A stretch of 56,426 bases of DNA from a virus (Duplodnaviria; Caudoviricetes): positions 1-56,426 of IMG/VR virus record IMGVR_UViG_3300045733_000287; one strand, written 5' to 3'. The notes beneath the pieces were generated by a model, which made no database searches, had not been told where the DNA came from, and worked only from the letters and a program-made list of their open reading frames with translations. The number at the start of each line of letters is the position of its first letter. The first letter of the stretch is position 1. Shown piece by piece: positions 1 through 8,296 of the stretch. The translations under genes were made by a program, and so were the position numbers.

Positions 1-127
1 TGAAACCTTTTGTGGCTCTGGTATGCCTGTGAGGGCAATATTTTTAAGTATGTAACTTACATCTTTCATTTAGTCCCTGTTAATCCAACGCATCAAATTT
101 ATGAACAATAAATAACATATCCGAATA
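1..127. repeat. 127-bp exact direct repeat, copy 1
   Basis: Identical to 54009-54135; first mismatch at base 128. Confidence 0.95.
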
Positions 128-138
128 TTTTTAAACAT

Positions 139-2004
139 TTATTTCAAAAATAAACCCGCTTTATTGTAAAGTCTTTTATTTGCTATGTCACAATATTCTG
201 AAATCAATTCCGATAGAATGAAATTAAAGCCTTCATTCGTTGCTGAAAGCGCAGCAGGACCTGACCCGCCAAACGGATCATAAGTTAAGCCTCCTTTTGG
301 TGTTACAAGTCTCTGCAGGTATTGAATTAATTTTATAGGTTTAACTGTCGGGTGAAAATTTTGTGAAGACCTGTTTGTTCCATCGCCTTGAAACGATCCG
401 GGGTTTTGGGTACCACTTGACCAGATCATAGGTTTTGTCTGAAACTGATGTAACCCATCATTCCGTTCACCCCTGTCAGCTTTCGCAATGTAAAAGAACC
501 TCGAGGCCCCGCCTTTGTCGTCATAGAAAGTATCACCGTCATCGCCTCTTTGAGCATAGTCACCGTAGATGCCTTTTGATTTACCACTATGTCCTGATTT
601 GACTTTCGCAAACGCTCCGGCTTCGGGTACCTGTTTATCAAGTTCAACTGCAGTAAACTCATCGAGAATTATATTTGCAGGAAAACGACCAATAGTCATA
701 AAGTCAGTTGATTTCTTCATATTATTACCAAATCCGCTGTCACCACAATTCATTCCACTCCCCCCTTCTTTGTCATATTCTCTTGGTTCTGTTGTCCTAC
801 TTACTTCAACCCTGCACCCATCAATATTAATTCCACCTGTACCCCATTTTAAGACATTCTGAGCAACGGTCTTTTCGCTTAATGGCTTTCGTGCTACACA
901 AATATGATTATGATGTGATTTTCCGTCCTCTTCCTGGAAGTTTTGAAGATCCGTTGATATAGCATTGACGTGAGCAGAAAGCATTTGGATGTTCTTTAAT
1001 AACTCCATTGAGTCGAGTAAATATTTTACCACAGGAGGGACATTCGCATATTGTTCTTTTTGACAAATCTTTTCCTTTATGATGTAATTGAGAATGTCTT
1101 GCGACAAGTAACAATTCAAGGTTTTCGGGTCTATTATCTGATCTATTTGTGTTTTTGTGGTGGACATTTTCAGACGACAATAATTTTCTTCCGAGTATTT
1201 GCTCCATGATGATACGGTGTTCAAGTTGATACTCATTTCCGACTCGAATTGCGACATATCCATCTGATCTAATAAACCTGCCGACATACTGATGGCTTCT
1301 TCTGCAGTCCATTGAACAATACCTAACGCCTCGCTTAATTCTTTTGGGCTTAACTTGAAATTCTTTTCCGCAACATTCACATTTAACAGTAACCATAATT
1401 TAAGTTTTAATACATATAGGCTCATGCAAATACTATGCCAATATTGTATATCTGTAAGGGGTTTTTGCGCAACGGTTATTATTTCATGTGCGGGCTTTAA
1501 ACCGGTACCCCAGCCGGACCAATAAGTGGCCGGATAAGTGGCCGGATAAGTGGCCGGACGTTCTTTGCCTCCATCAAACATTGATTTTTTACCCTGCTTT
1601 TGAGAAGTCCAAGTCTGTTCTCCTTTGTCATTAAGAATATTTTCTCTTTTTACGCCTGCCTGTTTGTCAATAGCCTTGCTAATATCTAATGACTTCGGGA
1701 ATCCCGACCCGTAGAGCCACAGAATTGAATCTCTTATTTCAAATCCTGCATCTTCAATAGCGCAAACCATACGGTGTGATGTCCGGGTACCACCAAAAGC
1801 AAGTAAGTACCCGCCGGGCTTTAATACCCTTAAACACTCCTTCCAAAGATCTACATTATAAGCAATGCCGGAGTTATCCCATTTTTTACCCATAAATCCA
1901 AGTTCATACGGAGGATCTGTTACTATTGAATCAACAAAATTATCCGGCATTCGTTTCATGGTTTCCCTGCAATCTTCATTATATATTTTATTCAGTTCTA
2001 TCAT
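139..2004 (-). CDS. Beta-class N4/N6 DNA methyltransferase with an internal 192-codon insertion
   Basis: N-terminal DPPY; C-terminal HPTVKP and DPFGGSG motifs. Confidence 0.9.
   Translation of the reverse strand: MIELNKIYNEDCRETMKRMPDNFVDSIVTDPPYELGFMGKKWDNSGIAYNVDLWKECLRVLKPGGYLLAFGGTRTSHRMVCAIEDAGFEIRDSILWLYGSGFPKSLDISKAIDKQAGVKRENILNDKGEQTWTSQKQGKKSMFDGGKERPATYPATYPATYWSGWGTGLKPAHEIITVAQKPLTDIQYWHSICMSLYVLKLKLWLLLNVNVAEKNFKLSPKELSEALGIVQWTAEEAISMSAGLLDQMDMSQFESEMSINLNTVSSWSKYSEENYCRLKMSTTKTQIDQIIDPKTLNCYLSQDILNYIIKEKICQKEQYANVPPVVKYLLDSMELLKNIQMLSAHVNAISTDLQNFQEEDGKSHHNHICVARKPLSEKTVAQNVLKWGTGGINIDGCRVEVSRTTEPREYDKEGGSGMNCGDSGFGNNMKKSTDFMTIGRFPANIILDEFTAVELDKQVPEAGAFAKVKSGHSGKSKGIYGDYAQRGDDGDTFYDDKGGASRFFYIAKADRGERNDGLHQFQTKPMIWSSGTQNPGSFQGDGTNRSSQNFHPTVKPIKLIQYLQRLVTPKGGLTYDPFGGSGPAALSATNEGFNFILSELISEYCDIANKRLYNKAGLFLK
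880..1488 (-). mobile_element. HNH homing-endonuclease insertion inside the methyltransferase
   Basis: Duplicated flanking motif HEIITVAQKPL (1488-1456) and HNHICVARKPL (912-880), 576 bp apart, enclosing the HNH ORF. Confidence 0.75.
908..1396 (-). CDS. HNH endonuclease with Zn-finger repeats, nested in an alternate frame
   Basis: EHRIIMEQILGRKL..ENVHHKNTNRSDNRPENLEL; CxxC..YCS..C and CxxC..FCS..C fingers; A-rich start region TAAAACTTAAATT-ATG. Confidence 0.9.
   Translation of the reverse strand: MVTVKCECCGKEFQVKPKRIKRGVRYCSMDCRRSHQYVGRFIRSDGYVAIRVGNEYQLEHRIIMEQILGRKLLSSENVHHKNTNRSDNRPENLELLLVARHSQLHHKGKDLSKRTICECPSCGKIFTRLNGVIKEHPNAFCSRQCYINGSSKLPGRGRKITS
1522..1557. repeat. 12-bp tandem repeat x3 (ATAAGTGGCCGG), encoding PATY x3
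   Basis: Three exact units read directly. Confidence 0.95.
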
Positions 2005-2378
2005 TTCAAGTATTCGTCAATGATTTTCCGGCATTCGTCAAACCCGACACCGAATTCCGCCCTATAACCTTTCTCCCGGAGTGCCTGTATCATCTCAAAC
2101 TGCTCGGTTAAATGTGGTGTCGCCGGTTGTAATGACTTATTGAGTAGTTTCGTCCCTTCGACTTTGATCTCAATGAACAGACCGTGCCAGAAGCTTCTTG
2201 GTGAAGCAATAAACAGATCAGGATATCCTTTATTTCCCTGTATCGCTTTCATTTTGCCTGACTGAGCTTTTGATAAATTCAGCCCGGCATAATCGAAATG
2301 ATAGATTACCTTCGGAAATTGATATCTCAAATACATGGCTATTGCCTGACAGATTTGATATTCACGGTCGTTTCTCAT
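2001..2378 (-). CDS. VRR-NUC family nuclease (resolvase-like), allele A
   Basis: GYPDLFI..GLFIEIK..Q....L...GY motif. Confidence 0.85.
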   Translation of the reverse strand: MRNDREYQICQAIAMYLRYQFPKVIYHFDYAGLNLSKAQSGKMKAIQGNKGYPDLFIASPRSFWHGLFIEIKVEGTKLLNKSLQPATPHLTEQFEMIQALREKGYRAEFGVGFDECRKIIDEYLK

Positions 2379-2896
2379 AGTATAATTATTTCTTCCTCAT
2401 TATTTCTATTTATATAGGCAAATACCTGATCTTTTTTGACTTGCTTACTTATTACAACATCTTTAGAATAACTGGCTTTGTACCATTCAGCATAGCTTTT
2501 TGATAATGTATATGATAATCCATTATCCTTTTCACTGTTTGTAGCACGATAAACAATAAGGTTTTCTGGTAATTCTCTGATTTTATTATGTTCTTCAGGA
2601 GTTGAAAAATAATATTGTTCTTTCCTATTTGACTTCATTAATAGTCTGAATAAGTCATTATACTCAATAGACCCGCAAAGAACCCAGGCAGTACGGAGAA
2701 GTTCCCAGTATCTTTCATCTGATAAATTCTTTTTATTTTTTACAAATATCTCAAGAACCTCTGTCTGGCTGTGATTTACATCCCAAGCATGAATTAACTT
2801 CTTTGAAATTTTAGAATCCTTTATTAACACCTTTTGTTTTAATTTAGGATACCGCCGTGTCATTGGTATATGAACATTATTACCTTCAGTCGTCAT
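2375..2896 (-). CDS. Hypothetical protein, possible ADP-ribosyltransferase-like fold
   Basis: VYRA...GLSYT...EEEII resembles the R-S-ExE pattern. Confidence 0.45.
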   Translation of the reverse strand: MTTEGNNVHIPMTRRYPKLKQKVLIKDSKISKKLIHAWDVNHSQTEVLEIFVKNKKNLSDERYWELLRTAWVLCGSIEYNDLFRLLMKSNRKEQYYFSTPEEHNKIRELPENLIVYRATNSEKDNGLSYTLSKSYAEWYKASYSKDVVISKQVKKDQVFAYINRNNEEEIIIL

Positions 2897-2917
2897 CTTA
2901 TTAGTTTTGAATTAACT

Positions 2918-3058
2918 CTATCTAAAATAATCAATGACCTGCTCGGTTTCCTCCGCTTCAGCTTCATGCGGATCAGGAATATTATCGCTCTGATCGGTTC
3001 GGAAAATACTTTCAACTGAAAATTCATCTTCATCTGTTTCGGGATAATGTTTGTTCAC
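2918..3058 (-). CDS. Small acidic protein, allele A (GTG start likely)
   Basis: Conserved at protein level with 55387-55530. Confidence 0.65.
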   Translation of the reverse strand: MNKHYPETDEDEFSVESIFRTDQSDNIPDPHEAEAEETEQVIDYFR

Positions 3059-3560
3059 GGTTAAGGCACTTTTGCATAAGCTCATACATTCCAATTTTCT
3101 CATGATTCTTCCAGTTAGTACGTTTATTTTCCTCATACATTTCAGTTAATTTATCCCAGTTTTCAACCAAATTAGACCATTCAGGACAAAGTTTTTTCAA
3201 TCGGAATAATGATGTTTTCCATTCCGGAACTGCCTGTAAGAGTTTATAACACCTGCTAAAATCATCAGGATCGTAAGGATAATTAATCGGGAATTTTTCT
3301 GTACCCACTAAACAATTCCACATAGTTTTTGAACTCATACCATGTTCCCCGTTTGCCATCCACCACATTGCTTTTTCTTTTACCCCTTGCGATTGGTCAA
3401 CTTCTGGCTCTTTCCATGTCGGTGGACAGTCTTCGTGTAGTTTATCAAAAGCCTTTATCTTTTTTCCTAACTCATCAACAGGAATAGGATATTGTATTTT
3501 ATGCGATTCCCCACAATTCAAACAGAATAATTTTTCATTTCTTATTGTTGTGTTTTTCAT
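3030..3560 (-). CDS. Hypothetical phage protein (N-terminal CxxC; PYDPDDFSRC motif)
   Basis: 176-aa ORF with A-rich start region; absent from allele B. Confidence 0.75.
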   Translation of the reverse strand: MKNTTIRNEKLFCLNCGESHKIQYPIPVDELGKKIKAFDKLHEDCPPTWKEPEVDQSQGVKEKAMWWMANGEHGMSSKTMWNCLVGTEKFPINYPYDPDDFSRCYKLLQAVPEWKTSLFRLKKLCPEWSNLVENWDKLTEMYEENKRTNWKNHEKIGMYELMQKCLNREQTLSRNR

Positions 3561-3587
3561 CTCATTATAGTTTTGATAGGAATTTTA

Positions 3588-3977
3588 TTAATACCCCGTT
3601 TTTGTTAGTCTCAACTCTTCTTTCTCATAGGAAAGCAATGACCGTAAACCGTCAATCTGATGCACGCAACCTCTGTTAATCCTTTCAATCCAGTCAACTA
3701 TGAAGGATTCTTCCTCACAGATCGAATCTAACAGGGCATTTTGGACAGTTGCAGACAGATGTGATGCTTTGGCTATCTTAATTATTGTCCTGTTTATTTC
3801 AAGGGTCTTTTTGCCTCTCAGGTCTTTCTTGGCTTGTGCCAACATTTGCCCGGAACGTGACATGTAACTCATCAGAGTAGATATTCTTTCCGTCATTTCT
3901 TCAGGATCGTTTGAAACAACAATATCTAAATATGACTGAATTGTTTCAGCCTCTTTTTTAATCTCATCTATATTCAT
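3588..3977 (-). CDS. Hypothetical helical phage protein, allele A
   Basis: 129 aa; near-identical protein at 55532-55921. Confidence 0.85.
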   Translation of the reverse strand: MNIDEIKKEAETIQSYLDIVVSNDPEEMTERISTLMSYMSRSGQMLAQAKKDLRGKKTLEINRTIIKIAKASHLSATVQNALLDSICEEESFIVDWIERINRGCVHQIDGLRSLLSYEKEELRLTKTGY

Positions 3978-3979
3978 GG

Positions 3980-6058
3980 CTATTCTTTATAGAATCCCTG
4001 AAAACGAATGACATTCATATACTCCGGTGACTTAATAAGTCCATCACCACGTCCGTTAAGCGATTCTGCTCCCGGCTCATCAATCACAACCATTGAATCA
4101 ATATCTTTAGGGACCCTGAAACATACCTGCACTGGCAGGTTTACTTTTGCATCTCCCGTGATAACCTTTGTTGAAGCTCTCTGAGTAGCTGACATGATTC
4201 TAAAGCCACAGGAACGCCCCTTTTGCAGTAATACCCGCAGGTTTTCTTCCAGTGACTTATCGACACTCTTGACAACTCTCTTTGTCTTGGTGGCTCCATT
4301 GGCATATCTCCCAACAACCTCTTCACCGTAATTCTTCAGATCATTGCCCTTTCTGCTATTTGCAACAGCATCCGCGAACTCATCAAATACAACAAGGGTT
4401 TTTTTGTTGATGCCGTTCTTAACCCTGCTTTCCATTTCCTCTACAAGCATCATGATCTGAAGCTCAATTTCTTCTATTTCACAAACTACCTTAACCCCGG
4501 AGACTTTTGAATAGCCTTTAAATTCATGTTTAGGGTCGAAAATATAGACCTCATGCACTCCTGTTAATAAGGCATATTCAATTGTTGACCTCAGGAATAC
4601 CGATTTACCGGATCCGGTTGCACCACAAACTAAAATGTGCGGAGTTGAATGATTGTCGAGATCCCAAAAGATTGTTTGTCCGAAGTTATCAACACCGATA
4701 GGCAGCCCGTGACCATTAAGTTTTGAACCGTCCCAGACAAGTGTCGATGTGTTTTTCTTCCCTGACTCAATTACCAGGTAAGACTTCCCTTCATATACAA
4801 ACAAATCTTTGTTTATCCTGACATTTGAGACATTCAGGGCGTTTGCGATGTCAAGTTTATATCTCTGGATGGATGAGATTTGCACCCCTGCATTTATCTC
4901 AAGCAAATATGATGCACTGGAATAGCCGTCAAATATGTGTTGAACCTTTGCAATTATGCCAAAGGATCTGAGTATGTGTTCTATTTTTTCCTGGTTTGTC
5001 ATGTTTTTATTTGTGAAATCGTACGGTATAAATTCTTCTGTGAACTTTTTAAAGTTTCGAATGGTTGTCGGGGTTACGGAAGCCAGTGAGGAATCTCTGA
5101 TTTTCCTCATGCGCTCCCTGAGTAATGGCTTTTTATTCTCAGGTATGTTGAAATCTTCAACCTCTGCAATCATTGTTCTTGCCCAGAAATCATATAATTC
5201 AGCTTTATCTGAGAGGTTATCATTATCATTAATCATGTAAACATAATCCGGGTTCCCGACCGCCTCAATCATTCTCTTAAGTGGTTCATACAGCAATGCT
5301 TCATAAAGTCTCCTGGTGTCGGCATTCATCACAATCTTTGTTCTGATCATTTGCGGTGAACCATCTTTATTCTTTGATGATTTATTTTCGATTAACCAAA
5401 CCTCGTCAATCTTTTCGCCATATTTTTCTTCATACCCCAAAACATAGGTAATGGCTTGTTTTCCGCTTGTGAATTTTAGTTCTTTGTCATCGGTGAAAAT
5501 ACCTTTCGACTTATGATCTGTAATAACCCGTTTGCCATCGTTCGTTGTGAAAACAAGGTCCAGAACTAAATGGCAGGGCATTGGAATATCGACCCCGTTA
5601 ATTGTCAACCATGAGGTTATTGACTCTTCAACACTGATAACTTCTTTTATCTCATCGGTGTAAATATGAATCTGAGTTAAGAAATTATTAAGCAGTTTTG
5701 TAACTGTTTCCGTTGCTGCAATTTTGCACTCCTCAATTGTCGGAGTTGTTTTCATGATCTTCCAATAGTCTGCCCGGACATTATCAATATAAGCGTATGC
5801 AACTGTTTCAAGAGCGACCAAATCAGTTACGACACCCTCTTTAAGGTTTGAGAAATATAAACGAAGCGCAGCATGATAAGCCTGTCCGGCTATCGTTGTG
5901 GCAGAACTTTTGCCATAGCAATGATAAATATATTGCATCTCGAATGCTTTTTCATTGCCGGCAAAGGTTCTTGTTTTGGAATAAGACCAGGAGTCAATCA
6001 GATAGTTTGATAATAACTCCTCTTTTTGCTCCTGGCTTAAATCTTTGTACTTATTCAT
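3980..6058 (-). CDS. PD-(D/E)XK nuclease fused to an FtsK/SpoIIIE-type ATPase
   Basis: SYSK..GQAYH..LDLVF..ITDHKS; PHILVCGATGSGKS, VFDEFAD, GRSCG..ATQR, GAESLNGRGDGL; start moved to ATG 6058 to avoid overlap with the upstream gene. Confidence 0.85.
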   Translation of the reverse strand: MNKYKDLSQEQKEELLSNYLIDSWSYSKTRTFAGNEKAFEMQYIYHCYGKSSATTIAGQAYHAALRLYFSNLKEGVVTDLVALETVAYAYIDNVRADYWKIMKTTPTIEECKIAATETVTKLLNNFLTQIHIYTDEIKEVISVEESITSWLTINGVDIPMPCHLVLDLVFTTNDGKRVITDHKSKGIFTDDKELKFTSGKQAITYVLGYEEKYGEKIDEVWLIENKSSKNKDGSPQMIRTKIVMNADTRRLYEALLYEPLKRMIEAVGNPDYVYMINDNDNLSDKAELYDFWARTMIAEVEDFNIPENKKPLLRERMRKIRDSSLASVTPTTIRNFKKFTEEFIPYDFTNKNMTNQEKIEHILRSFGIIAKVQHIFDGYSSASYLLEINAGVQISSIQRYKLDIANALNVSNVRINKDLFVYEGKSYLVIESGKKNTSTLVWDGSKLNGHGLPIGVDNFGQTIFWDLDNHSTPHILVCGATGSGKSVFLRSTIEYALLTGVHEVYIFDPKHEFKGYSKVSGVKVVCEIEEIELQIMMLVEEMESRVKNGINKKTLVVFDEFADAVANSRKGNDLKNYGEEVVGRYANGATKTKRVVKSVDKSLEENLRVLLQKGRSCGFRIMSATQRASTKVITGDAKVNLPVQVCFRVPKDIDSMVVIDEPGAESLNGRGDGLIKSPEYMNVIRFQGFYKE

Positions 6059-6065
6059 TTCTGAA

Positions 6066-6944
6066 TTACAATAAAGTTGGTGATGTGGTTTTTGAATCTC
6101 CGGCCTGTTTGGTTTCGGATTTCTTTTCTTTGATATCTTTCTTTTTGTCACCAAGCTTCTCGTCATTTGTTTTAAGGGCTTCTTTTCTGGCTGCCTCAGT
6201 ATGTGCTGCAAAGGATTCTTTAACCGTTGTGGTGCCTTCCTTAATAGCAGTGGCGAGGGCTTTTAACTCAAAGCACTTCTCTTTATCCATTTCCTGAATA
6301 TTTTCAATTGCCAGGTAACTTAATAACTGATCTGTGGGAACAGCTAGTTTTGCATAATATTCAATCAATCTCTGTCTGACTTTTTCAAGATCCATACTCT
6401 TCCCCATTGCAACTGCCTTGACTTTTTCAATGACATTCTTTGTTACTGCTTTTGGGACCACTTTCAAAACAGCGTTCCTGAATGCAATTGCGCTGGCTGC
6501 ATTGCCGGTGACAACCTGCATATCTTCGCTGAATGTCTTCCCGAATCGGTCTGTAATTCTGCGTTTCACTTCAACGGAAACAGCGAGATTTGTTTCAAGG
6601 TCATGGCAAATACCCATTGCTGTGATAGTTTTGCCATCATTGCCAATGATCCTGGTTTGCACCCGCATGTTTCCCCATGCACCTGCAATAATTTCAGTCA
6701 TACGGACTGACAGACCTTCAATGATTGTATCCTCTTCGCCCGGTCTCCCTTTTCTCCGGAGTGCATAAAAGCAGTCTTCAGCGGTCTCTGTGTCCATTGT
6801 GGCGTATGTCTCAATCTGATTCAGTACATGCGACAAAACACGGGGATACTGTTTTGCAGTTGCGACCTGAATGTCTACTTCAGAGCGATTAAGTGCAGAT
6901 ACCATTTCCACACTTGAAACATTTGTTACTTCTTGGTTTTCCAT
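6066..6944 (-). CDS. Phage protein, possibly recombination / single-strand annealing associated
   Basis: 292 aa, directly upstream of the nuclease; DIQVATAKQYPR motif; function inferred from position only. Confidence 0.5.
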   Translation of the reverse strand: MENQEVTNVSSVEMVSALNRSEVDIQVATAKQYPRVLSHVLNQIETYATMDTETAEDCFYALRRKGRPGEEDTIIEGLSVRMTEIIAGAWGNMRVQTRIIGNDGKTITAMGICHDLETNLAVSVEVKRRITDRFGKTFSEDMQVVTGNAASAIAFRNAVLKVVPKAVTKNVIEKVKAVAMGKSMDLEKVRQRLIEYYAKLAVPTDQLLSYLAIENIQEMDKEKCFELKALATAIKEGTTTVKESFAAHTEAARKEALKTNDEKLGDKKKDIKEKKSETKQAGDSKTTSPTLL

Positions 6945-6985
6945 TTTGTTTGGTAGTTAATTTATGAATGAGAATTTTATTTAAA

Positions 6986-7171
6986 TTATATTCTATATTT
7001 TGCCATGAATGTTTTAAAGTCCTGCACAAAGTTTTCAAGGTCGGCAAATGTTATCCAGCAAAAAGGCGTCCCGTTTATAGTTACCTGTGTATCTAAATAT
7101 TCACCTTCACATTGTTCGCAAGTGAAACAAAGTGTATTGTTATCTATTATTCTTGTAACGCCTCTTTTCAT
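6986..7171 (-). CDS. Hypothetical protein
   Basis: ORF track; packed in operon. Confidence 0.6.
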   Translation of the reverse strand: MKRGVTRIIDNNTLCFTCEQCEGEYLDTQVTINGTPFCWITFADLENFVQDFKTFMAKYRI

Positions 7172-7179
7172 GGTTATAG

Positions 7180-7452
7180 TTATTTATTTGAATTGATCAG
7201 TAGTTCCGCAGCCTGTATGATTGTGTCCTCTGAAATCGCTCCGTCCGTGACATGGCCAAGCAGTTCAAAGGCAGCGGGTGATTGTTCCATAACATCATCT
7301 TTAATCATCTCTGCCAACACATCAACCTCACCCCCTGAGTTCATGAGCAGGTATTTATGATATGCGAGCAGATTGATTGTTTTAGGCTCATTAAGATCTT
7401 CGGGGACGTTCTCCGGTGGAAGTAATTCGTGTGTAACTAATGTATCTATCAT
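7180..7452 (-). CDS. Hypothetical acidic protein
   Basis: ORF track; packed in operon. Confidence 0.7.
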   Translation of the reverse strand: MIDTLVTHELLPPENVPEDLNEPKTINLLAYHKYLLMNSGGEVDVLAEMIKDDVMEQSPAAFELLGHVTDGAISEDTIIQAAELLINSNK

Positions 7453-7607
7453 GATTTTTGGTATTCATTTATCGGGATTAACTTTCTTTTCTCCTGTTCT
7501 AATATTTTAAGATCCAAATCGAAACATAATTGAGCCATAGCCAGAGAGTCGTGCCGCCTTGAACAATGCCTGCAGTAATAATATTTATGATTAGTCCGGG
7601 ATTTCAT
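7449..7607 (-). CDS. Small protein with CxxC...H...C possible Zn finger (52 aa)
   Basis: Hand-translated MKSRTNHKYYYCRHCSRRH...; ATGA overlap with the next gene. Confidence 0.55.
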   Translation of the reverse strand: MKSRTNHKYYYCRHCSRRHDSLAMAQLCFDLDLKILEQEKRKLIPINEYQKS

Positions 7608-7709
7608 AAACTTAATTTAAGCAATATAGTTTTATCAGTTCCAGATTCAGGATATAGTTACCCGCTAAAAACGGATCGAACGGGTCGGGTTGCAAACAGA
7701 ATACTTCTT

Positions 7710-7898
7710 TCATCTTTCTTTAGATAACATTTCAAATTCATTACGGAGCCCAATACTGAATAGATCAGAGGCGACCTCAGTCGGGTTTTTCTCTACACCT
7801 GCTTCTTCAAGTGCAATAAGATACTTTTTAAAGAGTATATTATCCGCTTTGGATATTTCAATTACCCGACCTGTTTTTTCTTTGATTTTCTTTGCCAT
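7710..7898 (-). CDS. Small basic protein, possible early regulator
   Basis: 62 aa; A-rich start region. Confidence 0.55.
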   Translation of the reverse strand: MAKKIKEKTGRVIEISKADNILFKKYLIALEEAGVEKNPTEVASDLFSIGLRNEFEMLSKER

Positions 7899-7975
7899 AA
7901 TTTTAGTATTAATTAGCGGTAACGAGTGCGGGAGGAGTAACTCCAGTAATCCGCACCCGACCGACTAAGGTTAGT

Positions 7976-8119
7976 TTATGCCATCATTCCAGTAGGCATA
8001 TAATAATATTCATTGTTTGGGAAAAAACGCTTATAACGTTCAACCATTTCCTTAGCGTCTGCTAACTTTAACCCTTTTGTGTGAGGTGTGCCGTTTTCAT
8101 AAAAATCGTACCTTTTCAT
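7976..8119 (-). CDS. 47-aa promoter-proximal ORF
   Basis: Hand-translated MKRYDFYENGTPHTKG...; bracketed by a 10-nt inverted repeat. Confidence 0.55.
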   Translation of the reverse strand: MKRYDFYENGTPHTKGLKLADAKEMVERYKRFFPNNEYYYMPTGMMA

Positions 8120-8153
8120 CTTAGTCGGTTTTAAATCTGTCATATTGACGAAG

Positions 8154-8190
8154 TAAAGATAATACTATATTTGATATAAACAATACTATT
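8154..8190 (-). promoter_or_regulatory. Putative early promoter (-7 box TATCTTTA)
   Basis: One mismatch to Bacteroidota TAnnTTTG, in an AT-rich intergenic region downstream of a terminator. Confidence 0.45.
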
Positions 8191-8263
8191 AATATAATAA
8201 TTAACATTATTTAACTATTTTTAACATTTAGTGACAATTCGGAATAGCTTCAATTACTGAATG

Positions 8264-8296
8264 AAAAAAGCCGGAAGGAAACTACCCCCTCCAGCC
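8264..8296 (-). terminator. Rho-independent terminator ending the late/lysis operon
   Basis: GGCTGGAGG...CCTTCCGGC hairpin followed by T6. Confidence 0.75.

Noticed and set aside
1-127. Biological direct terminal repeat or att core
   Set aside because: Length equals a common assembler k-mer, it cuts through the middle of the replication leader, and no integrase is present
880-1488. Intein or group I intron in the methyltransferase
   Set aside because: No Hint-domain motifs in the MTase frame; HN is followed by H-I-C rather than directly by C/S/T; under 100 nt of non-HNH sequence leaves little room for a ribozyme core
6059-6211. N-terminal 51-aa extension of the nuclease-FtsK ORF
   Set aside because: Overlaps the upstream gene; ATG 6058 follows its stop by a few bases
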